From a virus: DNA of 64,000 bases. The stretch is taken from IMG/VR virus record IMGVR_UViG_3300011335_000900, positions 1 to 64,000 of that record. One strand, given 5' to 3'. The notes beneath the pieces were generated by a model, which saw only the letters and a program-made list of their open reading frames with translations, was not told where the DNA came from and made no database searches. The position numbers and the translations under genes were made by a program. Of this stretch, positions 28,297 through 38,075 are shown in pieces (the stretch's first letter is position 1; the number at the start of each line of letters is the position of its first letter).

Positions 28297-29154
28297 ATGC
28301 AAATTAATCATTCCAAGTATAAAAATACTGGTATCCTATTTGAGCTCTTAATTCGCCAAATCACTAATGATACATTAGATAGTAAGGATTCACAGGCAAC
28401 GAATATACTTAAAAAATATTTCGTTAAAACGGAATTAGGTCGTGAGTATAAGTTATATGAAACTCTATTAAAAAAAACATCTTTAACTGAAACTAAAGCA
28501 AATATTATCACTAATACATTGCTAGATTCATCTAAATCTTTAAATAGAGGTGTTATTAAAAGACAAAAATATAATTTAATTAAAGAAATTCAAAATCATT
28601 ACGATTTAAATGAATTTTTTAACCACAAATTACCTAACTATAAAGTACACGCTGCATTCTATACATTACTAGAAATATCCAATTCTACTAACCAAATAGA
28701 CCCAGAACAAATTATCAATAATAAAGTTACTATACTAGAGCACTTAACAGCTGCCCAAATTAAAGCAACTAAAATTAAAGATGAAGTAATGAGTGAATTT
28801 GAAAAATCAGATAAAGATGTTCGTTTTATAGCATATAAAATGTTACTAGAAAACTTTAATGTAAAATACGATACATTACATACCAACCAAAAAACAATCT
28901 TAAAAGAATATATTACATCAGTAGATAATACTTCTCGTTTAAAAGAATTTTATACTAATAAGATAAATGAAATTAAAACAGAATTAGCTGATTTAAATAA
29001 AAGAACTAAAAATAAAGTTACAAAAATTAAAATTAACGAAATTATATCCATTATCACACCACCATTGAAAAATGCTAAGATTACAGATAATGATTTAGTT
29101 GATTTGTTACAGTATTATGACTTAATTAATGAATTAGAAACTGTAAATGAGTAA
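28297..29154 (+). CDS. Head-module protein of unknown function
   Basis: HSKYKNTGILFELL; between portal and protease; late motif at 28269. Confidence 0.55.
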   Translation: MQINHSKYKNTGILFELLIRQITNDTLDSKDSQATNILKKYFVKTELGREYKLYETLLKKTSLTETKANIITNTLLDSSKSLNRGVIKRQKYNLIKEIQNHYDLNEFFNHKLPNYKVHAAFYTLLEISNSTNQIDPEQIINNKVTILEHLTAAQIKATKIKDEVMSEFEKSDKDVRFIAYKMLLENFNVKYDTLHTNQKTILKEYITSVDNTSRLKEFYTNKINEIKTELADLNKRTKNKVTKIKINEIISIITPPLKNAKITDNDLVDLLQYYDLINELETVNE

Positions 29155-29578
29155 TCTTAAAGAAATAATTAGAAAAAAATTAAAAGAAATGTCCGCTACT
29201 AATCAAGGCGGTGCTTCTTTTAGTGCGGGAAGTGGTGAAACATATGCTACCCCATTTGCTTTTTCTAAAACTTCAAAACCACCTAAATATTATTATAAAT
29301 TAGGATATAAACCTGTACCTAATAAAATTAAAGGATCTAGTTTACAAGTTAAACAACTTTGGGAAGAAGAAAAAGAAAAAACAGATGTTAAAAAATTTCA
29401 AGAAGCAAGATTAAACGAATTTGATGAAATACAAAACGAACTAAATTCTCTTATCTCAAACGCAAAAAACCAAACCATAGAATACTATACATCAAACCCA
29501 GGCCAATTTAGTATATATAAACCAACATCAATGGCCTTAGAATATATTAAAAAAGCAAAAGAACTATTAAGTAAATAA
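29147..29578 (+). CDS. Head-module hypothetical protein
   Basis: MSNLKEIIRKKLKE tag; YATPFAF; LWE/LNE sites. Confidence 0.55.
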   Translation: MSNLKEIIRKKLKEMSATNQGGASFSAGSGETYATPFAFSKTSKPPKYYYKLGYKPVPNKIKGSSLQVKQLWEEEKEKTDVKKFQEARLNEFDEIQNELNSLISNAKNQTIEYYTSNPGQFSIYKPTSMALEYIKKAKELLSK

Positions 29579-29580
29579 AA

Positions 29581-31242
29581 ATGAAACAGACACTACAAGA
29601 CCAGTATTTATTGATTAAAGAAGGTAAAGGACATAAAGGAGTTTTCCTTGCAGATGCAAAACGTCAATTCCCAAATATTGTACGTAACGCCGCTACATTT
29701 GAGGAAGCATCATCTTGTCTTAAAACTAAAAATATAATTGCTGAAAATGTAATTGGATTAACTGCTGTTAATTCACCATTTGAACCTAAGAAAAAGGAAT
29801 CATACGAGTTAGCATTTGAAAACTTTTTAGCAGAAGCTAAAAAGAAAAAAGAAGAAGATGAAAAAGCTGAATTAAAAGCTACATCAAAACAAGTAGAAAA
29901 AGACTTAGAGCATAACTTTGATCGTAAAGATAATAAAAATCCTGATAACTTGATATTTGATCAAATTATGACGGGTTATTATACGGAAATGAAAGATCCT
30001 AAAAATGCAGATAAAACCATGCAAGAATTAAAAGACATGGTATTTAAAAACTTACAAAAAGATCCAATCTTTTATACAAAAGATGGCCAATTTGGAGTTA
30101 AAGGTTTAGGCTATTCAGTAGACCATCCCGGATTAGGTGAACCAAAAGAGCCTAAAGGAAAATATAAATCATCTGGATATGGTGATTTAAATGAAGGCAT
30201 CCACGACAGAGATATATTATCAAGACCCTTATCAAACCCTGATTATGAATCATTCGAACGATCATCTGAAGAGTTAGGCAACGAGGCAGATAATAGATCT
30301 AAAAATATGTTGCTAATGAAATACTCCAAACAAATCAATGATCCTACAATATCAGATGAAGACTTAAGATATATATTAGGTGGTAAAGGTGTTAAGGGTT
30401 TTGGTGGTAGACCAAATGCAATTGACAAAATTATAAAAGATAGAAATGAAGGAACATTAAACGAAGAATATAAATTACGTAAAGTAATTCGTGAAATGAT
30501 TTCTAAAGAACTTAATTCAGAAGAATTTAAAGATGCTCTTTTTAAATTAGAACAACCATATTTAAATGATAAAAAAGCATTGAGTGATATTCAAAAAATC
30601 TATACTTCACATAGTGCTGGTTTAAATTCAATTAGCCAAAATCTTAAAGAAAGCGTTGAAAAAGAATTGGCTGCTATTAATAAAGAAGCAGAACATGAAA
30701 TTATTGCTTCTAAATTAGAAAAAGTACAAACATTAATTGACAAAAAACAAGCCCAAATTTCCAGATTAGATGAAGATGAAGATTTAAAAGATCTTACCGA
30801 CGCTAAAAAAGTTAAAGAAATTTCAAAAGACATCAAATCACTAGAAAAAGCAAAAGCGAAATTAGAGAAAATGATGCATAAAGGTAAAGCAAAATCACCA
30901 CGTAAGGAAGTAATTGATGAAACAGATGAAACCATTGATGAAGCTGAAAATGAGGAATACATTGAGGATGCTGAAAAACGTCAAGATGATGGACAAAAAA
31001 TCCCTTCTATTTTAGCAAATTACAATAACATATCAGCCGAAAAAAGAAGAGAGATAGGACAAGGTTTAGAAGCTAGAAAACAAGATTTTGAAATTGATAA
31101 AGAAACAGCAGTAAAAATTAAAGAAAAAGCAAACCAATATTATAATGAATATGGTACTTTAGAAGATACGTTGAGTGAATTTGAAAATGAAGATGAAAAA
31201 GAATTTGCAAGACAACATTTAACAGACGCATACGGACTATAA
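29581..31242 (+). CDS. Large charged putative prohead core/internal protein
   Basis: Many (L/I)-x-E sites (LIKE, IAE, LAE, LNE, LKE, IDE); coiled-coil C-terminal half; directly upstream of the protease. Confidence 0.55.
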   Translation: MKQTLQDQYLLIKEGKGHKGVFLADAKRQFPNIVRNAATFEEASSCLKTKNIIAENVIGLTAVNSPFEPKKKESYELAFENFLAEAKKKKEEDEKAELKATSKQVEKDLEHNFDRKDNKNPDNLIFDQIMTGYYTEMKDPKNADKTMQELKDMVFKNLQKDPIFYTKDGQFGVKGLGYSVDHPGLGEPKEPKGKYKSSGYGDLNEGIHDRDILSRPLSNPDYESFERSSEELGNEADNRSKNMLLMKYSKQINDPTISDEDLRYILGGKGVKGFGGRPNAIDKIIKDRNEGTLNEEYKLRKVIREMISKELNSEEFKDALFKLEQPYLNDKKALSDIQKIYTSHSAGLNSISQNLKESVEKELAAINKEAEHEIIASKLEKVQTLIDKKQAQISRLDEDEDLKDLTDAKKVKEISKDIKSLEKAKAKLEKMMHKGKAKSPRKEVIDETDETIDEAENEEYIEDAEKRQDDGQKIPSILANYNNISAEKRREIGQGLEARKQDFEIDKETAVKIKEKANQYYNEYGTLEDTLSEFENEDEKEFARQHLTDAYGL

Positions 31243-31244
31243 CC

Positions 31245-31877
31245 ATGAACAAAGAACTCTTAATAGAAACCAGACAATTTACCCCTAAACCAGTTCGTTT
31301 AATTGAAGGAATGGGCAATGGCGGTAATGTATTTGTTGAAGGTATTTTAGCTACTGTTGAAGTAAAAAATGGTAACGGAAGATACTATAAAAAAGAGTTA
31401 TGGGATCGTGAAATTGAAAATTTTCAAAATAAAATTAAACAAAAATCTACAGAAACTGTAGGTGAACTAGACCACCCCGATTCTCAAGTAATTAATTTAA
31501 AAAATGCATCTCACGCCGTTCGTGATTTATGGTGGGTTGGAGATGAAATTCATGGCAAAGTAGAAATATTTTGTGACATGGGAGATAAAGGCACTACTTC
31601 AGGCCGTATTGCGGGAGCATTAGTTAAAAATGGTTTAGTTATTGGTATTTCCTCTCGTGGGATGGGTTCATTGAAACAAATGGGTGAAGTAATGGAGGTA
31701 CAAGATGATTTTGAACTATTAACATGGGATTTAGTTTCAAACCCATCAAACCCAGATTCATGGATGAAAAATGGTGCATTAAATGAATCACGTACTACAT
31801 TTTTAGACCCATATTCAAAAACCAACTCAATTATTACCGAAATCCTTTGCGCAAAAGGAACTTGTCCTTTATTTTAA
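31245..31877 (+). CDS. Prohead core protease (T4 gp21-like)
   Basis: KNGNGRYY; GELDHP (His); GISSRGMGSL (Ser); WDLVSNPS (Asp). Confidence 0.92.
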   Translation: MNKELLIETRQFTPKPVRLIEGMGNGGNVFVEGILATVEVKNGNGRYYKKELWDREIENFQNKIKQKSTETVGELDHPDSQVINLKNASHAVRDLWWVGDEIHGKVEIFCDMGDKGTTSGRIAGALVKNGLVIGISSRGMGSLKQMGEVMEVQDDFELLTWDLVSNPSNPDSWMKNGALNESRTTFLDPYSKTNSIITEILCAKGTCPLF

Positions 31878-32016
31878 AACGCGACTTTAATAATCTTATA
31901 CATACGTATACTAGAATATACCATCCCCCTCAACATATATGGTATTAATTAAATGAATATCTATTACGTTTTTTAAATAAACGTACTTTCCCAACAAAAT
32001 TAAATTTAGGAAAAAA

Positions 32017-33351
32017 ATGGCAACAAACAGAGCAATGCTTAAAGAAGCAATCGCTGACGCTAAAGCTGTAAAAGAAACAGCAATAGCAAACGCAAAAGCA
32101 GCCCTAGAAGAAGCCTTCACACCTCAACTTAAGTCAATGTTATCAATGAAACTTCAAGAAATGGAATCCGATGAGGACGATCTTGAAGAAACATACATAT
32201 CTGAAAAAAAAGATGAAGATCTTGAAGAAATGTATGGTAAAAAAGATGATAAAAACATGATGGAAGTTGATTTAGAAGAGCTTTTGGCTGAATTAGAAGA
32301 GGAAGAAATGGAAGAAGGTCTTTACGAAGCTGAAGAAATGGAAGAAGAAACTGAAGAAACAGAAGAAACTGAAGAAGAAACAGAAGACGAAGCTGAACCA
32401 ATCAACCTTGAAGACATGACAGATGAAGATCTAAAATCAATGATTGAAGATGTAATCGCGGACATGATTAAATCAGGTGAACTTGAAGCTGGTTCCGAAA
32501 GTGAAGAAGATGAAATGGAAATGGAAATGGAACCTGAAGAAGTAGAAGTAGAAGACGAAGATGTAGATTTATCTGAATTGTTAAGAGAAATCGAAGGTTT
32601 AGAAGAAGAATCAATGTTAGAAGGAAAAATTCCATCTAAAGAAGAATTAGAAGCTAAATTAGCTACTTTAACACCAGAAGAAGAAAAAATGTTATTTAAA
32701 GCTATTCAAGATGTAAATGCTTCAACATTATCAGAAGAAGAAAACGGAGCAGAAAAAGAAATTGAAACTGTGAAACAAAAAGTAGCAAGAATTGCACAAA
32801 CCGTTGGCTTAGGAGCTTCAACACTTGGAACAATTGCATTTATAGCTGGTGTCATTAATGATTCAGGAGCTGCTAAAGCTGCAAAAATGGCACAAACCAT
32901 ACCTATGGATGCCCTAGCGGCAGCTGGAGGTGTAGGAATTCTTATGGGTTTAGCTACGGCAATGTATGGATATCTTAATAAAAAGATGGAAGAATCAATG
33001 TCTGAAGAACTTGAAGAAGCTTATTCTACTATTGAAACTTTAAAGTCTGAATTAAACGAGATCAATTTGTTAAACGCTAAATTGCTTTATACAAACAAAA
33101 TCTTCAAGTCTAAAACTTTAAACGAAAATCAAAAAGTAAAAGTGTTAAGTTCTTTTGACAAAGCTAAAAACGTAGGCGAAGTAAAAATGGTATTTGAAAC
33201 ATTAAATGAGGGAATCAAAGTTTCAAAAAATACTATTAACGAAAACCTAGGTAGAGCTTCAAAAGGAACAATGGCACCTAACGTTAAAAAACCAATCGTA
33301 GAGTCAAACGAGGCATTTTTAAGAATGCAAAAATTGGCTGGAATTATTTAA
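32017..33351 (+). CDS. Prohead scaffold/core protein with an internal hydrophobic insert
   Basis: Between protease and capsid; very acidic; MLKEAIADAKAVKETAIANAK start; ends RMQKLAGII. Confidence 0.8.
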   Translation: MATNRAMLKEAIADAKAVKETAIANAKAALEEAFTPQLKSMLSMKLQEMESDEDDLEETYISEKKDEDLEEMYGKKDDKNMMEVDLEELLAELEEEEMEEGLYEAEEMEEETEETEETEEETEDEAEPINLEDMTDEDLKSMIEDVIADMIKSGELEAGSESEEDEMEMEMEPEEVEVEDEDVDLSELLREIEGLEEESMLEGKIPSKEELEAKLATLTPEEEKMLFKAIQDVNASTLSEEENGAEKEIETVKQKVARIAQTVGLGASTLGTIAFIAGVINDSGAAKAAKMAQTIPMDALAAAGGVGILMGLATAMYGYLNKKMEESMSEELEEAYSTIETLKSELNEINLLNAKLLYTNKIFKSKTLNENQKVKVLSSFDKAKNVGEVKMVFETLNEGIKVSKNTINENLGRASKGTMAPNVKKPIVESNEAFLRMQKLAGII

Positions 33352-33380
33352 ATTATAAATTAAAAACAAAAAACAAAACA

Positions 33381-35129
33381 ATGTCAACAATTAATTCATT
33401 ACTCGAAAGTTCTGCTTCCGGATGGAAAAACATGCAGAACGATGCCGCTAGAATGGCATCAAAATGGGGTAAAACAGGTCTCTTAGAGGGACTTGGTAGC
33501 GAAGTTAACAAAAATAACATGGCTATGATCCTCGAAAACCAAGCAAAACAGTTAGTAACTGAGCAATCATCAACAGGTGGAGCAGGTACTCAAGGCGGTT
33601 TTACAGCTGGTCAAGGTGAACAATGGGCTGGTGTAGCGCTTCCATTGGTACGTAAAGTATTTGGTTCTTTATCAACTAAAGAATTCATGTCTGTACAACC
33701 AATGAATCTACCTTCAGGTCTTGTATTCTTTTTAGATTTTCAATATGGAGATGCAGGAGGAGCAAATGGTAAAGCAGCACCAACAGGTCCTTTTGGCCCT
33801 ACTGGAAATACTTATGCTGCCGCTTCATCTATGTACGGTGAAACTAACCCAGCAAATGGAGGAGATCCTACAAACGGTTTATATGGTGCAGGTCGATTTG
33901 CATATTCAATAAACCAATTCTCTGCATCTTTGCAAGTATCTCGTTCAGCTGCTCTTTGGAGTGACGTTGATTATGATACTACATTATCTGCATCAATTGC
34001 TGCTGGTAATGTTTATTCAAAAGTAACTTATTTTGTAGGTACTGGTACAAACGCTACACGCCCTGACTTTAAAGGTGTTCGTGCATTCGTTCCTGGTTCT
34101 GGATCAACAACAGCTCCAATAACTGAGACTTATACTCGTTTATTACCTCAGTACACTGCTACTAATGGTACTTCAACTATTACCTTTATTTTCTCTGGTT
34201 CCGCAACAGGAGCATATGATGCTGCTACAGGTATTCCAGCTACAGGATCAGTAGTAACTGCAAATACTTTATTCTACAATGTACAACCAACAGATAACAC
34301 TCGTGGTGACTTTGAAGATAAATCAGGAGCAGGATATGCAAATGCTGAATCTACAGCAGCAGATAACTTAGCTATTCCAGAAATCAATATCCAAATGAAA
34401 TCTGAAGCTATTGTTGCTAAAACTCGTAAGTTAAAAGCACAATGGACACCAGAATTTGCACAGGATTTGAACGCATACCAATCATTGGATGCTGAAGCTG
34501 AATTAACATCAATTATGTCTGAATATATTGCTCTAGAAATAGATCTTGAAAACTTAGATATGTTGATCCAAGATGCTTCTGCTGCAGATGAGTACTGGTC
34601 AGCTAAAAATAATAATAGCCTAAATGCTGCAAAAACAGCTTGGGATACTACAGCTAACTTTTACAACACACAAGGTGCATGGTTCCAAACTTTAGGTACT
34701 AAGTTTCAAAAAGTATCTAATAAGATTCACCAAAAGACTCTTAGAGGTGGTGCTAATTTCTTAGTATGTTCTCCAGCAGTAGCAACTATCATTGAATCAA
34801 TCCCAGGATTTGCTTCATCTTCAGATGGTGATGTTACTAAAGGTTCATATGCTTTTGGTATCCAAAAAGCAGGTCAATTTAACAGCCGTTACACAGTTTA
34901 CAAAAACCCTTACATGACAGAAAACGTTATTTTGATGGGTTATAGAGGAGCTCAATTCCTTGAAACTGGTGCTGTATTTGCTCCATATGTACCGTTAATC
35001 ATGACACCTCTTGTGTACGATCCAGTAACATTTACTCCACGTAAAGGTTTATTGACTCGTTACGCTAAGAAAATGATCCGTCCGGAATTCTTCGGTCGTG
35101 TATTTGTTAATGATTTAGCTGCAGTTTAA
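33381..35129 (+). CDS. Major capsid protein (T4 gp23-like)
   Basis: LPLVRKVF; SVQPMNLPSGLVF; AKTRKLKAQWTPEFAQDL; GAVFAPYVPL; TPRKGLLTRY. Confidence 0.95.
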   Translation: MSTINSLLESSASGWKNMQNDAARMASKWGKTGLLEGLGSEVNKNNMAMILENQAKQLVTEQSSTGGAGTQGGFTAGQGEQWAGVALPLVRKVFGSLSTKEFMSVQPMNLPSGLVFFLDFQYGDAGGANGKAAPTGPFGPTGNTYAAASSMYGETNPANGGDPTNGLYGAGRFAYSINQFSASLQVSRSAALWSDVDYDTTLSASIAAGNVYSKVTYFVGTGTNATRPDFKGVRAFVPGSGSTTAPITETYTRLLPQYTATNGTSTITFIFSGSATGAYDAATGIPATGSVVTANTLFYNVQPTDNTRGDFEDKSGAGYANAESTAADNLAIPEINIQMKSEAIVAKTRKLKAQWTPEFAQDLNAYQSLDAEAELTSIMSEYIALEIDLENLDMLIQDASAADEYWSAKNNNSLNAAKTAWDTTANFYNTQGAWFQTLGTKFQKVSNKIHQKTLRGGANFLVCSPAVATIIESIPGFASSSDGDVTKGSYAFGIQKAGQFNSRYTVYKNPYMTENVILMGYRGAQFLETGAVFAPYVPLIMTPLVYDPVTFTPRKGLLTRYAKKMIRPEFFGRVFVNDLAAV

Positions 35130-35150
35130 TAGCAAATAAACAAGTAATAA

Positions 35151-35177
35151 AGAGCCGAACGAAAGTTCGGCTTTTTT
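35151..35177 (+). terminator. Intrinsic terminator after the major capsid gene
   Basis: AGAGCCGAAC-GAAA-GTTCGGCTTT (GNRA loop) followed by a T-tract. Confidence 0.85.
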
Positions 35178-35213
35178 AGTTTTTTATTAATATTTATCAA
35201 CAAATATAGTTAT

Positions 35214-35912
35214 ATGAATGATTTTAACCGAACTCCGGAAGCAAAAAAGGTTTTTCAAGAAAAAAGAAAACCAAAAGGTCCAATTAAATTTAATATCCAA
35301 TTAAACGAAGAGCAAAAACGTGCTAAAGAACAAATTCTTTATAACACTGTAACTGTTTTAAAAGGTAAAGCTGGATCTGGTAAATCGCTATTAGCAGCAA
35401 ATATTGCTTTAGATTTACTTTTTAGTAGAGAAATTGAAAAAATAATCATTACTCGCCCAACAGTAGTAGCAGGACAAGATATTGGCTTCTTACCAGGAGA
35501 TGTAAACGAAAAATTAGCTCCATTTACTGCTCCTGTATATGAAAATATGCATCGCCTATACAATAAAGAAAAAATTGAAAAATGTATAGCGGATGGTGAA
35601 ATTGAAATTGTTCCTGTATCGTTTATGCGTGGTAGAAACTTTACTAATTGTTTAGTTGTAATTGATGAAGCTCAAAACTTAACAGATACACAAATGGAAC
35701 TTTTGCTAACTCGTATATGTCATGGTTCAAAAATGGTATTTTGTGGTGATGGTGCCCAAATTGACTTAAAAGATCGTAAATCTTCTGGATTTGATGTTGT
35801 ATGTAAACATATGAAAGATGTACCTGGATTTGAGGTAATTACCTTAGAAAAAAACCATAGACACGAAATTGTAGAATATATTTTAGACATATATAAAAAT
35901 CTTAGAGCATAG
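35214..35912 (+). CDS. phoH: PhoH-family ATPase
   Basis: GKAGSGKS; IIITRP; IGFLPG; FMRGRNF; IDEAQN; LLTR; GDGAQIDL; NHRH. Confidence 0.92.
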   Translation: MNDFNRTPEAKKVFQEKRKPKGPIKFNIQLNEEQKRAKEQILYNTVTVLKGKAGSGKSLLAANIALDLLFSREIEKIIITRPTVVAGQDIGFLPGDVNEKLAPFTAPVYENMHRLYNKEKIEKCIADGEIEIVPVSFMRGRNFTNCLVVIDEAQNLTDTQMELLLTRICHGSKMVFCGDGAQIDLKDRKSSGFDVVCKHMKDVPGFEVITLEKNHRHEIVEYILDIYKNLRA

Positions 35913-35957
35913 GATTAAGATTAAAGTTTTTGTCAATATTTATAACAAAAATATCAA

Positions 35958-36404
35958 ATGTCAACTACTTTAACACCATCAACATTTAGAGTAACTATCT
36001 CAGAGGAGCAAATAGTTAAAAATAAAACTATTCAAAACGATAGTGTATATTCTATCTCTAATGTAACTAATGTTGATAGAAGAATATTAACATGCCCTCA
36101 AACAACATCAATTAATTTATTTAATTTAAATGGCCCTAACCCAGGAGCGGGTACATTTCCCTCAAGTAGTTTAAAATATGCTCGTATTACAAATTTAGAT
36201 AATACAAATAATATTGCTTTAACAATAAGTGGTTCTACAACTTCATTTACTCAAGAGGTATTACCTCAATCAAGTATATTTGTTATAAGCTCAAATGTTA
36301 CCTCAAGTAAATTTAATGGTACTTTTGGAGACGATATTAATTTTATCCAAGCATACGCTATAAGCGGCAGCATTGATATAGAATATACACTAGTAAACTC
36401 TTAA
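35958..36404 (+). CDS. Putative virion protein
   Basis: Beta-rich; KYARITNLD; late motif at 35936. Confidence 0.5.
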   Translation: MSTTLTPSTFRVTISEEQIVKNKTIQNDSVYSISNVTNVDRRILTCPQTTSINLFNLNGPNPGAGTFPSSSLKYARITNLDNTNNIALTISGSTTSFTQEVLPQSSIFVISSNVTSSKFNGTFGDDINFIQAYAISGSIDIEYTLVNS

Positions 36405-36408
36405 AAAC

Positions 36409-37560
36409 ATGGCAAATATTCCCATATGGAGCGGAAGCTCTACATTTACCCCAGGAGAAACACCATTTGGTTTTTATGATAACGATCTACAATTCCAAGT
36501 AGATATTGATAAATTTGCTGTATTTGCTTCTCGTCGATTAGGATATCCAATAGTTGAAATTGAATTACAAGACTTAAATTTTTATGCTGCATTTGAAGAA
36601 GCAATTACTACATACGGAAACGAAATATATGCTTATCAAGTAGCTGAAAATTTATTAACTTTACAAGGAGCACCAACAAATGTAGCACCTGGTAATAATG
36701 AATTAGTTCAAGAAAATTTATCTAATGTTATTTTACTTTCAAACCAATATGGAACAGAAGCTGGAGTTGGAGGAACAGTATCTTGGTATACAGGATCACT
36801 TACATTAACTCCTGGAGTACAAAATTATGATATGAAATCTTGGGCAACGTCCCAAAATATTCAAGGTGGTATTGAAATTAAACGCATATTTTACGAAAAT
36901 ACACCAGCTATTACTAGATATTTTGACCCGTATGCGGGTGCAGGAGCTGGAATGATGAGCATGATGGATAGTATGGGATTTGGAGGATATTCTCCTGCAA
37001 TGAACTTTATGTTAATGCCTTTAAGTTACGATATGCAAAAATTTCAAATGATTGAATTTAATGATCAAATCAGAAAATCTCAATATTCATTTGAATTAGT
37101 AAACAATATGTTAAGAATATTTCCTATTCCAAATGGAGGTGTAGATACATTACGATTTGAATATATTTTATTATCGGATCGAAATCAACCTTATGTTGAA
37201 CGAAACGGTCAAAGCATAATTACCAACGCCTCTAATGTACCATATACTAACCCAACATATACTACGATAAACTCGATTGGTCGTCAATGGGTATTTGAAT
37301 ATGGACTAGCAATAGTTAAAGAAATTTTAGGATATGTAAGAGGTAAATACTCAACCGTACCAATCCCAGGATCTGAAGTAACCTTAAATCAAGGAGATTT
37401 AATTTCTGCAGCAACAACCGAAAAACAAGCATTAATTGAACGTTTAAGAGCATATTTAGACACAACATCACGTAAAGTTTTACTTGAAAACAAGTCACTT
37501 GAAGCAGAATTTCAGAATAAAACTATAGCACAAGTACCAATGACCATTTTTATAGGATAG
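36409..37560 (+). CDS. Neck/head-tail adaptor (T4 gp13-like)
   Basis: RRLGYPIVEIEL; AIVKEILGYVRGKYSTVPIPG..VTLN; C-terminal IFIG. Confidence 0.75.
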   Translation: MANIPIWSGSSTFTPGETPFGFYDNDLQFQVDIDKFAVFASRRLGYPIVEIELQDLNFYAAFEEAITTYGNEIYAYQVAENLLTLQGAPTNVAPGNNELVQENLSNVILLSNQYGTEAGVGGTVSWYTGSLTLTPGVQNYDMKSWATSQNIQGGIEIKRIFYENTPAITRYFDPYAGAGAGMMSMMDSMGFGGYSPAMNFMLMPLSYDMQKFQMIEFNDQIRKSQYSFELVNNMLRIFPIPNGGVDTLRFEYILLSDRNQPYVERNGQSIITNASNVPYTNPTYTTINSIGRQWVFEYGLAIVKEILGYVRGKYSTVPIPGSEVTLNQGDLISAATTEKQALIERLRAYLDTTSRKVLLENKSLEAEFQNKTIAQVPMTIFIG

Positions 37561-37561
37561 T

Positions 37562-38071
37562 ATGGCTCTTTACGGCACATCTCGAGACGTTTCATTATTT
37601 AGGCACATTAACCGTGAGTTGTTACATGATATCATCACTCAACAATGCGTGTATTACCAATTTAAAACAGCAGAAACTAAAGTAAACATTTATGGTGAAT
37701 CTGCAGGTTCAAAATATTATACAGAACCTGTTATTTTAAACATGCTTGTTGATAGAGGTGATAATACTTCCCCTACAGGAGACATGGGTGTAGATTACGA
37801 TCGTCCAATGACATTTAAATTCTTTAGAGATGATTTAGTTGATGCTAATTTAATCCCTGATGTAGGTGACATAATAATGTGGTACGAAGGGTACTGGGAA
37901 GTTGAAAATACAAATGCTAATCAATTATTTGTAGGCAAAGATCCAGCATACCCATATGATGTTAATCCTTTAAACCCAGGATTAGAAAATTTTGGTACTA
38001 ACTTATCAATAATGTGTGTATGTCATTATGTTCCTGCAGATAAAGTAGGTATAACTAAAGAAAGGATATAA
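37562..38071 (+). CDS. Head-closure/neck protein (T4 gp14-like)
   Basis: NIYGES; PDVGDII...YWEV; follows the gp13-like gene. Confidence 0.65.
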   Translation: MALYGTSRDVSLFRHINRELLHDIITQQCVYYQFKTAETKVNIYGESAGSKYYTEPVILNMLVDRGDNTSPTGDMGVDYDRPMTFKFFRDDLVDANLIPDVGDIIMWYEGYWEVENTNANQLFVGKDPAYPYDVNPLNPGLENFGTNLSIMCVCHYVPADKVGITKERI

Positions 38072-38075
38072 AATT

